Assembly: GCF_009914755.1 (NCBI RefSeq)
Contig: NC_060927.1
Direction: 5' to 3' (one strand)
Source of the DNA: the human T2T-CHM13v2.0 reference genome, Homo sapiens
DNA: 64,000 nt
In this document: positions 1-16,999 of the stretch, one piece after another
Numbering within the stretch: the stretch's first letter is position 1
Layout: each line of letters begins with the position of its first letter
Translations under genes and position numbers: made by a program
Notes under the pieces: generated by a model
Told to the model about the DNA's origin: nothing
The model's input: only the letters and a program-made list of their open reading frames with translations
The model's database searches: none

Positions 1-846
1 GTAAAGACAGGTCAGTAGCCAATGCCATTTCATAATTAATTCTGTTCTAAGTTGAATGAGAGCCATGGAATTTACACAATATACCTGACAGATGTGGTGT
101 TGCAATGAACAAAAGAAGGAATGGTATTCTTAACTGAGTCATGAGATTATAATCATAACCACAATAATAATAATAGTAACAAAATAAACACTGTTCTTTA
201 TCGAGCCCTTATGTGTACACTCTGCTTACTGTGTTTAGACAGATATAGACCGCAACTTTTTACATGAATTATCTCATTCCGTCCAACAGTCCATTAAAGT
301 TGATACTATCATTTTCAAATGTAGAAACTGTATGCCTAGATGTGCCTAGAGGTTAAGTACATTGCTGGAGATTACAAAACCAAGCTAAGTGGTAGACTCT
401 TAGAGCCCGTATCCTACTCTAGACTACATGCTTGTCCAAATGGTAGGGATGCAGACAAGATTTATAAGGTTTTTGGTAGGCACTTCCAGATTTGGGACAC
501 ATGGCATTGAAAGCTTGTTTTCTGACTTGAGAGGTCAGGATTTGCTGACAGTATTTTGAGGAGTAGCTTAAGGAACCCGTGAGACAAACCTGTCGTGTGT
601 ACTGCCATGTTGGTCACTGTTGTAGCCCCACCTGCCATTCCTAACGCAGGTTCCTCAGGATTTTGATATTTGCCTACTCTATTCTATCCCCAGCATTTTA
701 TCTCAATTTCAGTACAAGCAATGACAATGTAAACACTGTAACTCTTACCTGTTAGGGGTCACTATTGATAATATTGGCCATTTGTAATTAGTGAGTAATT
801 AATATTAGGAATATTTTCATCTTTCTAGCTCCTTGGTCGTCTGGTG

Positions 847-1195
847 CAGGGGTCCCCAGTCTCTGGGCAGTGGACCAGCACCAGTCTGTCAGTGGCCTGT
901 TAGCAGTCAGGCTATGGGGTGGGGGGTTTGGGAGAGAGAGAGGAATGAGCATTACCGCCTGAACTCTGCCTCTTGTCAGATCAGCGGTGGCATTAGATTC
1001 TCACAGCAGTGTGAACCCTATTGTGAACTGCACGTGCAAGGTATCTAGGTTGTGTGCTCCTAGAATCTAACTAATGTCTGATTATATGCGGTGGAACAGT
1101 TTCATCCTGAAACCATTCTCTCCTTGCCCCAGTCCCATGGAAAAATTGTCTTCCACGAAACTGTTCCCTGGTGCCAGAAAGGTTGGGGACTGCTG
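847..1195 (+). mobile_element. MER1B-like hAT-Charlie DNA transposon fossil
   Basis: Ends caggggtcccc...ggttggggactgctg; internal cagatcagcggtggcattagattctca motif. Confidence 0.8.
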
Positions 1196-1839
1196 CTGTG
1201 GTTTTTGTTGCTTGCTTTTTACTTGAAACATCTCACTTTATTTTCTTTAAATCTAGTATTTATTGACTGCTTTGGTTTACGCAGGGCCAGACCTCATACA
1301 TTTAGTAGCTTGCTGATTGGTCTCTCGTTGGTTCCATCATTTGACATCTTTTGGTCAAAGGGAAATCCAGTTATCTTTAATTATTGGAGTAGACAATATG
1401 AATCTGGGAGTTGTGCTTATGGAAGGTGGAAATAAAATTCTACCTTTTTCCTTTCCTACTTGAGACTAAAGCTCACTTAACAGCAATTTAAAACTTTAAA
1501 AATATCATTGATGCTACTTTTGATTACCGACTATTGAGAGTCACCTGTTGAAATAAATTTGGAACTGACTGTAGTAAAACCTGTTACGTGGAGACCAGCC
1601 TTCCTCTTCTCTCTGGTTTCTTAGAAATATATCCAACAATGGAGCCGAGAGTCCTAGCATCTCAGGAAACCTATGAGCAGCGGTGAGAGCAGACAGTACA
1701 GAGGTACCCGCAGGAGTCTGCTGGCAGATAGGAACAGCTTGATTGACTTTTCATGAAATGAGACAGAAGAGCAGGGATTTCCTGGGAGAGGTGGAGAGTA
1801 ATTCAAGAAGGGCACTGAGTAGTGGAGGAGCTCATCTAA

Positions 1840-2050
1840 TAAGATGGTAAAGAGCATGTACTTTGGAGTAGCCTACCTTCACATCCCAGCTCCTCTGCTT
1901 ACTGACTTTGTGACATAAGGCACACAGCCTCTCTGTGCTGCCTCACTTGCTTTCTATAAAGTAGGTTATTGACCCTGAGAAGTCAAATGAGTTAATACTT
2001 AGCATTGTACGTGGAACACAGGAGGCACTCCATAATTGTAAACTGTTTTA
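1840..2050 (+). mobile_element. MIR SINE
   Basis: atggtaaagagcatgtactttggag...cccagctcctctgcttact...gtgacataaggca core similarity. Confidence 0.6.
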
Positions 2051-2574
2051 TTTTTGTTATACGTATCAACACTTCGCAGGGTTTTTTTTCTTTTGTGTAG
2101 GGTTGTGATTTTTGTTCACCGATATATTTACCCAATACCTTGAATAGTGCCTAGCCAGAGTAGCCATTCATGTATTTATTCAGTGCATAAATGAATGAAT
2201 GATGTATTTAGAATACCTGCCACAATAACTGACACCCATTAAGTACTTAATACATAGTGTTACAAGAGGTAGTGGCTACAGACCAGTAGAGATTGAAGCA
2301 GTGGCTAGTGTATCCCACTGATAGTAAAAATAGAAATGATTGTAATAGTATTACATACATAGCACATGCTCCATGCCAAACACAGTTACAAAAGTTTTAT
2401 GTGTGGTAATTCTCTTTATCCTCATAACTACCCTTAAGGTTGCTGCTATAATCTCTATTTTACAAGTGAGTATACTGAGCAGAGTAACTTGCCCAAGGGT
2501 CATGCTCCTAATGAGTGATAGGATTGGGATTTGAACTCAGTTTTATTCCAGAGGCCATTCTCAAATTTTTTTGT

Positions 2575-3120
2575 TGAAAACCTGTGTGTCAGGTACTGTG
2601 CTATGTACTTGTGGCCCCTGACCTCATGGAGTTTAAATCTTAATGAAGGAGATAGCCACAACACAAATAAGAAATAACTGAGTGACAAGAGAGAATTGTG
2701 TGAAGCCACAGGGGCCTGCCTTAAATTGGGTATTCAGGGAAAGTCTTTCCAATGAAATGTGAGCTCAAGCCTAGAGCCAGGCAGGCAAAGCATTCCATAC
2801 AGAGGGAACAGAACTAGCAAAGGGCCCGAAGTGGGGTTGGCATAATTGTCAAGGATTTCAGAATGCCAAAGCGGAGAGTTCGAAGAGAGCAGTGTGTCTT
2901 GAGGTTGCCGATGTTAGGCAGGACCCTCCAGTATTTGTTATTATTCTGACTACATTGTAGAACCACTGAGGAGATTAATTGGGCCTGATGACATTTATGA
3001 TTTAAAAGTATCACTGTGGTTACTGGGGAGCAGGGGGAGTGTAGAGTGGGCCCTGGTAAGCACGGCCAGCTCAGAGACCAAAGGACGACAGTGGAGAAGA
3101 TGATAAAAATGGCTTGAATT
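2575..3120 (-). mobile_element. L2 LINE 3' fragment
   Basis: tgtgtcaggtactgtgcta...cccctgacctcatggagttta...cattccatacagagggaacag, reverse-strand L2 3' end pattern. Confidence 0.55.
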
Positions 3121-3760
3121 TCCAAAGTACTTACTGTGTAGGAGGCACTATTTGAAGCATTTACATATATTCGTGTAGTCCTCCTAGTAGTCTGTGAGGT
3201 AGGTACTTTGACTTTACCCATTTAGAAATGAGAATATTGAGGTATAGGCTAGTAAGTGGCAGGGCTGGGATTTGAACACAACTTGAGTTCTTCTATTCTG
3301 TGCCTAACCCTTCATGTGTTTATATTAGCTGCAGTAAAGAAGGAAGAAACTACAGACTCATCTTTGGATTCCTTCCTCTGCCTCAGCCTCACATCCATGG
3401 TCTCCTGAGCTCTTTGCAGGGTACTCTAGACCATGTCTTCAGTCTGGTTTCACTCATTTTCATTGTATAGTCTCTTCCTGTCTCACTCTATTGCATCAGC
3501 CTTTGGGAGCTGCCTTCCTTACCTAGGTCAATACACATTCATGGCAGAGTTACCTTCTGGATCTTGTGGTTTCCTTGCTAAAAGTTGTAGGTTGCCCTTG
3601 GCTTGCAGTATTGGCCCTCTGCTGCTGGAGCCCCAGCATGCCTCCCCTACCTCTCCCTTGCATGGCCTTCAGGGAGGAGTGTGTGGCCAGCAGTAGGAGC
3701 ACAAGACCACTTGAGAGTTAAGCTCACATTGTGAAATAGTCAGTTGCTAATTGGTGTATA

Positions 3761-4282
3761 TAGTTGTTCCCCCGTATCTGCGGGGGATACTTTCCAAGAT
3801 CCCCAGTAGATGCCTGAAACTGAGGGTAGTACTGAATCCTATATATACTGTTTTTTCCTGTACATACATAACTATGTTAAAGCTTAACTTATAAGTCAGA
3901 CACAGAAGAGATTCACAACAATAATTAATAATAAAATAATAATAATTATAACAGTATGCCAGCATTTTTATTCTTGTGCTTTGGGGCCATTATTAAGTAA
4001 TAAGTATTACTTGAACACAAGTACTACAATAGCAGGAGTTGATCTGATAACTACTAAGTGACTAATGGACAGGTAGTGTAGACAGTGTAGATATACTGGA
4101 CAAAGGGATGATACATGTCCTGGGCAGGATGGAGTGGGATGGTGCGAGATTTCATCCTGCTGTTCGGAATGGCTTGCAGTTTAAAACTTAGAAGTTATTT
4201 CTGGAATTTTCATTTTAATATTTTCAGACCACAGGTAACTCACACCTCAGAAAGCAAAACCATGAATAAGCGGGGATTACTG
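3761..4282 (+). mobile_element. Tigger3-derived (Golem/MER7-type) non-autonomous DNA transposon
   Basis: TA|tagttgttcccccgtatc...ataagcggggattactg|TA; inverted termini with TA target duplication. Confidence 0.8.
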
Positions 4283-4363
4283 TAGACCAGACTTCTGTTA
4301 ATTAGTAAGAGCCGGGGACCTTGAGACAAACATTTCTAATGTGGATCAATTTTGTGAGTTATG

Positions 4364-4717
<354 letters not shown>

Positions 4718-5967
4718 TGAGCTAACTTTATTGAGTGATTACTATCAGTAGTACTAAGCGCTCTCCATGGATCATTCAGTCTTCACAATAGTATTGTGAA
4801 ACACAGGTCCTGTTAACTGTATTTTAGACACAGGGCAACTGAGATTCAGAGAGGTTAAATAATTTAACCATGCTCACATAGCTAGTAAGAGGAAGAGTAG
4901 ACGTTTGAATACAAGTAGTCTCACTGCAGAACTGCTTTTAGCTACTGTGCTGGATTCACTAGCACAAAAGAATTTGTCAACATGCAGATTTGAGAATCAG
5001 ACATTGAAATACAGAAGTTTTACTAGAAACTGCCTCTAGGTATAAAATGTTTTCAGGGAAGACTATTGAACTTGAACTTCTCTGTCACTGAATGGCATAC
5101 CCAATTCCAGCAGATGATGACCATGTGTCACTAAATGACATAAAAGCACAATTATAACCTTCTGACTTACGGTGGCATCACAAGGACTTAATCTTTCAAT
5201 TATTATTCATCAAGTAATATTTAGCACATATTCATTGCTGCTTTCTGTCAGCCAGGTTAGGCACCATTAGGCACTGCCACCAGAGCAGTCAACAAGATAG
5301 ATATGGAATGTAGTCTAGTGGGAGGAAGTTAAGGCTTGCACAGCTGGATGAATGTTTACAAATGGGAGATAGTGCTTGGCTAGGAGCCCTACCTAGCCAA
5401 GTCTCTGGGGAAGCCACATTGAAGCTAAGACCGAATGAAGTAGAGCAACAAGCCAGGTACAGGTCTGGGGGAACTGAGTTCCAGGCAAAAAGAGCAGCAA
5501 GTACCACACAGGATTCTGTGACGAGAGTGTGGTGTAGTTCAGGAACAAAACCAAGGCCAGAGTAACCAGATGCAGAGAGGCAGGGCCAAGCTGTTCAAGG
5601 CTGGTGGGCTAGGTCAGGGATCATTGCTTTTATCCTAAGAGCAACTGAAAGCTACAGAAAAGTTCCAAATGCCAGTCATTTACTTCATAAACACACAGTG
5701 ATAGGGAACTTCTCAGGTATTGTGCTAGGCAAGGCAAAGAGTCTGCTGTCCAGACAGGACTACTGAGGTTTCCATTTGTAAATTTTTATTCATAAATCAT
5801 AAATCAGTGAGTGAAGGGCTGAAATGGCAGGCATAAAGGGTATGAGTAGGAGCCTAGCAGAGAGGGCATTGGGGCTAGTTCTTGTCGAACGGTGGGAATT
5901 GTAGAAAGAGCAGAGAGAAGAGCTTTCTATGCTGTAGGAGCTGTTCTGTCCAAAAGAAGGAATTGTG

Positions 5968-6275
<308 letters not shown>

Positions 6276-6913
6276 TTAGGAGAACAAGACAGGTTCTGAG
6301 AATGACAGGAGACTTGAGGCAGAATCACATTGACTGAGGCTGGAGAGATGGGAGGGACCAGAATGCTAGGTAGGCGCCTTGTTGCAGAGCAGTAGGTCCA
6401 GAGTCCAACCCCCACTTTGAAGCCAGCAGGGGTCTTCAAGTAGAGAAGTGGTATTATTGCTTTACAAGTTTGTGGGCTCAGGCAGCTGGGAGGAGGAGGC
6501 TACGTAAGAGGAACAAACTGTGGCCTTGTTAGGAGACCTGTTCAGGTGAGTAGAGGCCCCATACCTTGACCTTGGGCACTGGCAGTGGGAGTGGCACTGG
6601 CATAGAGGAGGTGATTCTGGGAGAATACTGGAAATTGCCAGGGGTGTTATGAGTCTAGCAGACCTGGGTTTAAACCTTGGGTGTGCTATATACTAGTTTG
6701 TGAGATTTCAATCCTGTGTGCCTTAGTTTCCTGACAAATAACAATCATGACTTTTATCTCATAGACTGTGGGCAAACATTGAGTGAGCACTTCCTAGGGC
6801 CAGGTGCATTTCTAAGACTGGCATGTAGTAGCTCTCTTAGTCTTTCTGTCCTTTGAAGTACCCAGTGAAGTAGGTACTATGGTCATCACGGTTCAATATG
6901 TGAAGAAAATGCT

Positions 6914-8110
<1,197 letters not shown>

Positions 8111-9003
8111 TGTAGAAGTTTGGGATGCGTGGGAAAAGGGAGACACGCAGGGTACTGGGCAGGTTAAATGCTTTGCAGTGCCATTCAGGTTTTCTTGTTA
8201 CTGAACAAAGTCCTCAAAATGGAGATAGCAACACCAAAGTAAATACATTCACCACAGTTTGGGGTATGGTTTCTAGCAGAGGGACTTCATTCTGCATGTG
8301 ACTGAAGTTTCCATATACATGTGCTCAAGTGTCCTTGTGCTTAAACCTAATCCTCCCTAGTATGCTGGCCTGGGGTCTCCAAAGTACATGATGGCCTAGA
8401 TGTGGGTGCTGGCCCACTCACTAATTGGAACATAGGGGTGACCTAAATCCTGAGAAAGATTTAGGGCTTACACAACAATAAAATCCATTCTTTCAAATTC
8501 GTTTAGAATCCATTAATTCAAGTACAATTTTTAAACTTTATGCTCAAGTACATAATTAATGGCCTAAGTTGTATATTACAAGTATATTTTGTAAACTTTT
8601 TAATTGAATAATGAATTCATTTTTATTAATTTTATATTTTTATTTTCTGTTGTAAATCAAGCTTTTCACAGCATTTGAGCAAGATCCCTATTTTAATTTG
8701 CAGACGGGTTGATTGTGAATTTATGCTTTAAAATATTTAGGAACATACATACTGTCTCTCACACACACATTATTTCATTTCTTTCTGTTGCCACAACATT
8801 CCACACTCTGTTCCTGTTGCTAAGGCCCCTGGAATGTCCCAGAGCAGAAAAAGAATATAGAATTCCTTTTTTTTTTTTTTTTCCTGAAGAAGCATTTTAT
8901 TTAAATTATTTTGTATCCTCTAGTTTACTTCCAAATATGGATATCTGAAAGTGAAGAATTTAGAAAGCTAAAATTAAAGTTGCTTTACGTTTTCATAAAA
9001 TGA

Positions 9004-9307
<304 letters not shown>

Positions 9308-11988
9308 CAGGGAGCTCAGTTTCATAGGGTAGAATGAACTGGGTTTAAGTATACCATGTTTCTTCCCACAGAGGGGGTGTGTGTGTGCATGCTTTTTAGA
9401 GAGATTCAGTGTGCTCATGAGAAATTAAGAACCGAGTTTTCCGGTCACACAAACCAGAGTCCTGGTTATGCCGCTTTCTTGCTGAGTGATATTAAATAAG
9501 TTTGTTTCTCCATAAGTAAAATGGGGATTATTATGTAGGGTTATTATTAGAAATAAATGGGAAAAACCATGTAAGAACTGCTTGGCATAGGACCTGGCAC
9601 ATAGTAGTCTCTCAGTAAATGTCAGCTGGTTATCATTATAGTCATCATCAGTTGCAATTGATCTTAAGTTATTGAGGAAATAGAAATTTTTACAGAAGTA
9701 TAGATTCTTGGTTCCTTACAGGATAACCCCTATCTTTTTAGTTTTACTAGTCCTAAGTCTCAGAAAAGGATCAAAGGAACCAGGGCAAAAAAGAATAATT
9801 TTGTACATGATAAACATCATGTGACAAATTGAATCCTTATTATTTGAAAGGATCAGTTTAGGTTTTTATTTCTCTTAATTGCTTTATTTTTAAAGGGGTA
9901 GAGGGTTAGTCCACAGAAGAATCTGGTATCTGGCAAAGTGATCTATTTTAAGCAACAGTGCTTTACATTCAGAACTGAGGGAAATCACAGAGACCACCAG
10001 CAGCACATTGCAGAGACCTAAAACTAAACTAACACTGTTTATTTAATACTGTTTTAACTGCTATCTAATAATAAAACTAATTGAGTTGATTTCATTAATG
10101 AAATTGTTCATTTGATATCTATCTCACACTCTTCAGTTGTAAATTATGAATGTTATACCAGTTCTGTAATTTAGATGTATCAGAGGCATTTAGCACAGAA
10201 GCATATGGAACTTATGGTAAATGACTTTAAATTTTATTTTTCAGAATGAAATGTCATGTCAAGAAACTGTAATCTTGGAAAGTGACTTATTACATGTATA
10301 TCATTGCATAGATATAACCTTTCCCCTTCTCCCACATGTACTATATTTAACTCAATGTGGGCAGGCTTTCAGGGAAAATAGCATATTGTTTGGCTCTTAT
10401 TTTTTATTAAATAAGCGTAGTCACAGAAGTCTGTAGTCTACTGGAAGCTTCTTATCTAATCAGTTTATACCATCAAAGATGGTCAGCCCTGACATTCCAA
10501 TTTATTGACATTGGAATCTGGAAGGACTCTCTAGATATCATTATTCCTCTGGTCTTCAAGAGGTAAGAAATCCAAGCCACATTATAAGTCAGAATTGAAT
10601 TCCAGCTATTGACCTTAGACAAAGTACTTTACCTCTCTGTGAGTCAGTTTTCTCTTCTTTAGAGGGGGGATATAATGATGTCTACCTAGGTAGTTGTGAG
10701 GATAAAAATGAAATAATAGCTTGTAGAAACTACTCGGTGCTGCAAGTACATCCCCAAATCGTGCTAGACTCTAGTATATTTCGGATTATAGCTAGCTATC
10801 TGTGCAATTCAGTGTAATAGAAACTGTTTAAGAAAATTCAAGCCATAGCCATGTGTAGATACTAGATCAGTAATTTGATATTTTAGAGATTATCCTCACT
10901 TGACATCTCCTTAAGGAATTTTCTTCTCCCTTTAAAACCACCAGGATCTCCCCGGCTGGAGAAAGTGTGAAATTAAATCTTCATAGGAAAGAAAGTAGAT
11001 GCTAATCAGCTTTTTGGATCTTCCCCCTTGTCCTTTAAACTTGGTATTTGATCTACTAAAACTTTTGCTTAAATTGAAGTGTGCTAATTATCCATTCATT
11101 GCAGATATTCTAAAGAGTGAATGTAGTGTAAAATGCTGTTTAAAATCCACTGATTTTGAAATACTTAAAAAGTTAGATTCTGGATCTGAACTTTTAGCTC
11201 TGTTCCCCAAATTGTTGTTCATAATTAATTGAATGGTTGAGATGTTTTAGTTAACCATATTTACCAGGTATCAAGTTACTTTCAGTTTTCATGTATATGC
11301 AGACAGTTTAGTTTTACTTTTGCATTTAATTAAGTTGCTGTCTTACTGTTAAAACAAACAAACAGCTCGTATCCTACCCTATTTTGGTAACCAAACTGAT
11401 TAATATATGAAATGCTGTTTGTACTAAAGTTCATTCTGCCTTTCTGGTGGCATTAGTATGTAAGCAAAAGGACTAGAGGTTGCTATGACTTGGAAAAAAT
11501 ATATTAAAATAATTTTCTTTATATGACATGCTGGCAAACCAGCAGTTCTATTCCTCTGTCTCTGCTCCCTTTCTTAATTGTTCCATAGAACTCAGGAACC
11601 AGAGAGCTGGAATAGAATGCACAGTTAAACAAAAGCATTAGATGGTACAGCTTTGTGAACTAAGCAGTTTACATGGTTGCAGATTCTTTCCCTTAACTCT
11701 TGGTAGAGTTCATCTAATGTTGCTTTATTGTGCAAATATATTCATTGTTTGCATTTTAAAAGATTGTTTCACCACATCATAATTATTTTTGGTGCACTTT
11801 AACCCTTTTTAAAGTGTGTCTGTAAGCCTGATTTGATTTCTCTGTTTAATAGTGGTGGTGTACCACATCAGTTCATTTGTCCTGGTATACTTTACAATAA
11901 GGCAACTCCTTTAGAAAGTAGTTTCCCAAAATGGTTTTATATCAGTCAGAACCAGATGAGTGAGTGATGCTCTGTTTCTGTGTTGCAG

Positions 11989-12093
11989 ACATGCCAATAT
12001 TTGGTTTCTGTCCAGCCCATGATGATTTCTACTTGGTGGTGTGTAACGACTGTAATCAGGTTGTCAAACCGCAGGCATTTCAATCACATTATG
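11989..12093 (+). CDS. ATXN7: Ataxin-7 coding exon (~aa132-167), most of the N-terminal C2H2-type zinc finger (DUB-module anchor)
   Basis: tgttgcag|AC ATG CCA ... TAT G|gtaagt; translates (D)[34 protein letters not shown](E); 105 nt, phase 1-1. Confidence 0.97.
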
Positions 12094-12442
12094 GTAAGTG
12101 CTTAACCATTTAAAAAATTGTTAATAGAAGGTAAAAGGTAAAGCAAGATTAAACTAAGGAACAGTGATGGCATGCATGGGACATAATGTCCCTCCCCCAC
12201 CAGGAAGTAGGCTTTTTAATTCACTCAGTGGGTTAATAACTATCAGATGTTGGGTATTTTTAAATTTTTATTAAAAGTGATAGGAATTTTTTGACTTTTA
12301 TTGAAATTAGAGAAAGTATAGTTTATAAAATGTCTCTTAAAATGTTGCATCAGTATAATTACAAGTTTGTTTCCTTCTGGAGCCCCTGGTTGTGAATTCA
12401 GTGGATTTTAAAATTATATACACTCACAATATGGATGCATGG

Positions 12443-12445
<3 letters not shown>

Positions 12446-12477
<32 letters not shown>
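12446..12477 (+). repeat. T32 homopolymer
   Basis: 32 uninterrupted T with no attached SINE body. Confidence 0.95.
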
Positions 12478-12480
<3 letters not shown>

Positions 12481-12859
12481 GAAATGTGATTTTGAAACTT
12501 CTCTGTTCAATAGTTCTAAATATTGGGTGTTAATTGTTGAAGAATCCAAATACAGTTAGTTGGCATTGTCATAATGCCTTTAAAGTGTTTAAGATTCTGA
12601 TTCTAAAACTTGGTTTTCTGCCCAGTTTGGCTCAATAGCAAATCATAAGTATTTGAATACGTACCTTGTTTCAGGCATTGAGTATGTAGTATGATTCTTA
12701 CCGCCACAGAGTTTACAGTCGAATTGGAGAGGCAGGCAAAACTAACTAGATATACTTTAAAAATAACTATAAGTTTTTTCCTCATTGCTCTTACTACTAC
12801 AAATGCAAGCTTGCAATAGAGTAACATTGGGGTTCTTCTATAGATAGAGTGTTTAAAGA

Positions 12860-13260
12860 AAGCATCTTAGGAGGTGACACTGGAGCTGAGTCCTAAGTGA
12901 TGAGAAGGAGCAACTCGGGCAGCAATCTAGAATAAGAGCGTTTGATGCAGAGGGAACAGCCAGCACACAGAAGGCCCGTGTGGCTGAAGGGTATTTAGTA
13001 TTTAGAGAAGGGAGGTAGAAACTGGAGGAATCCAGCATTATAAGCAGGAACCTGATATTCATAGGCCAGGCTAAGAAGCAGCTTGGGAGCACTGGAGGAT
13101 TTATGTAAGAGAGTAACACAGTCCTATTTCAGTGGTTGATTTGCTGAGAAAAATTTCTGGGAGAAGGACAGAAGTAGGGGGAATAGTTCAGAGGCAAGAG
13201 ATGACACCGGACTGAGAGTAAGATCTGGCAGTAGAGCTAGGAAGACTGCATAGCTTTGAG
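12860..13260 (-). mobile_element. L2 LINE fragment
   Basis: gaggaggtgacactggagctgagtcctaagtgatgagaagg...gcagagggaacagc. Confidence 0.55.
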
Positions 13261-13264
13261 ATAC

Positions 13265-13568
<304 letters not shown>

Positions 13569-14197
13569 TAAAGTTAGAATTTACAGATCTTGGCTGTCGA
13601 GACTGCTGTTGTTGGGTTAAGAGTCACACCATCATAAGCAACATTCCACCATTTTTTCAAGGAATAATAAATCCTTTATTTAACCATAAAAAGATTCTTT
13701 GAGTTCCTGCTTCTAGGAGAAGCCCTAGGGTAGGCACTAGAGTGGGTACAGAGGTGGATAAGATGTCATTTCCCTGCTTCTGAGTTGTGGACAATACAGA
13801 CAATATTTTGGAAAAATCACTTGTAATGCACTAAAGATGGGAGGTGTTTTACTGGGGATAGACAGAGCTGCCACATATGGCTGCACAGTTTGTGCACTGA
13901 ACAACCATATTTGGTGGCCCCGGATTGGCAACAAGGTTGACGTGAGCAAGCACAGGAGCAGGAAATTCCAGGCTCTCTGGGATGTGCTGCACGAGTCACC
14001 ATTGGCCAGAACTGATGTACCCACCTGTGGATGAGTGGAGTGCAAAGGCAGGCTGGGACTAGCTCACAGGGCCTCAGTGCCAATCGGAGTTCCCTGCTCT
14101 GGACGTGTTGGTGAGGACCTGTTGCAGATTTTTTAGAACCAGAGTGATGTGACTTAGTGGTGCCCCAGAGAATTGATGGGTAGAGTGGATTCCTTAG

Positions 14198-14677
<480 letters not shown>

Positions 14678-15832
14678 TAGCACGGTATCTCCTAATAAGA
14701 TACTTGTTGAATGACAAAGCGTTGGTGATAACTTCAAACATGTAAATGGGAAAGTGTGAATTCAAGATTCATTTACTCCAAGGTCTCCTGTGGCTTGGCA
14801 GGAGATGTGACTGACAAAGCCACTAGGTAGGAGGGCTGAGGTCCCTCTAGTGACAAGGGAAATATTAAAGATATGAGAGAGGAGAGTTCCTGGCAGAAAG
14901 ATGAGGGCCAAGTGCTCTGAGAGAGGGATTCTGCTGGGAAATGTGTAAGGAATGCCCTCTTTGAATCAGCAGTGGAGATGGCTGCTGGTGGAATTGACAA
15001 GAGGTTTAGAGGTGGATGGGGGTTTGGGAGAGTAACTGCATGAAGTAGAGGGAGGCACCATGTGGTGGCCCTGGAGTGACACCCCACTTACTTGGAGGGA
15101 AGGAGAGGTGGGCAGGGTTCCCAGGACCAACAACCTTTCCCAGTGCTGCCACAGTGTCGTCTATCTTTTGGGGACAGGGGTTGTGACAGGAAAGATTATT
15201 TTTGGTACATTTTCTTTTTTGTTGAAATTTTTAGAAAGCCAGTTGTTGCATTATTGTTTTCCACAGTTAACAAAACACAGTTTTCAAATTCAGAATCTTT
15301 CACAGTGACTGTTGTAGTCTATTTACGTGCCAAAAGAGGGATGGTATTTTCTTTCAGTGATATTGGTGAAAATGTGTCGGCAGTCTTCTGTGAATTCATG
15401 TATTGCTGATATCCATCTGTGACTTTTATGAACAAATGAATAGTTCCTACCAACTCCAGCAGGCAGTTCCGTTAAAACCACTGCTACCAGGACAAGAAAA
15501 CATGCTACCGTGGCAGCAAGTCTTGTAAAATCAGTCAGTGTTGGTGGTAAAACTATTCTGAATTGGTGAGCAGCTTATTATTCGGAGTAGTTAAGAAGCC
15601 CTGTACTTTTTTGCTAGCCAAGCTGCAGTTTTAGGAGTTAACAATTAACCAGGATTTCCATTTGAGCAATGATGGTGAATGATTGTGCTGCCATTTTGGC
15701 ATTTCCAGTTTTTTCAGTCTGATTGCTCTCACAGCATAGTTTGCTTTCTTGGAAACTACATAGTAATACCATGATTTCTTGATGTTGTTTTAATGTTTTA
15801 AAATACTCCAGTGTGCCTCATATTTCTCTTCA

Positions 15833-16265
<433 letters not shown>

Positions 16266-16999
16266 GGCTGGCTGGAATGCATTGCTTTCACAGATGCAGA
16301 TACAGTCCACTCTGGTGGAGCTGCTGCTTGGTACATACAGTGGGAGACATACAATGACTGACAAGAGATTGGTGCTCAGAGATTCGTTGAGCCAACCAGA
16401 ATGGCAGGAAGGGAGGCCCCTACTTTTTAAAGTATGTGTATTATGTGCTGCAAATGTCACATTAATTGCCAGAGAACTTTTAAGTAGGAAGCAGCGTTGA
16501 GATGGTGACGTTCCGAAAGTCAGAAGCCCCATTCTTTTGAGGTGGGAATCTTAAGTTCTTCAGTTAGTTTAGTGATAAGTGTGTTGGTCCTATACTGGCT
16601 ACTGAATAGCATAAACTGTGTAGTACTACTTACATGCATTTACTCTGGATCTGAATGGTGGGATTAGCACAGGGTTAGCAGATGACTTGTGGGGTGTTTT
16701 TGAGGCTGTATACTGAGAGCTTCCCAGGAATTCCTATTTTGTGCTCTGCAGCTTCACTGAGTTTGCTTATGAAGAATACCTTAATGTTTCTCTTTTATGC
16801 AGACACAGGGGTGATATTACCTAGGAGAAATAGATGAATGATGTTTATTCAGCTTGGACAAGTACCACATTTAGAATCTCTGTGATTAATTGAAACCCTA
16901 CTCAGATGTTGGCTGTTTAAGTATTTGCTTCAGATTAGTTAGGCTGATCCATTTGTTCACCTTTGGGCTCAGCTTGAGTCTCTAAGCAGGTTGGAGCAG

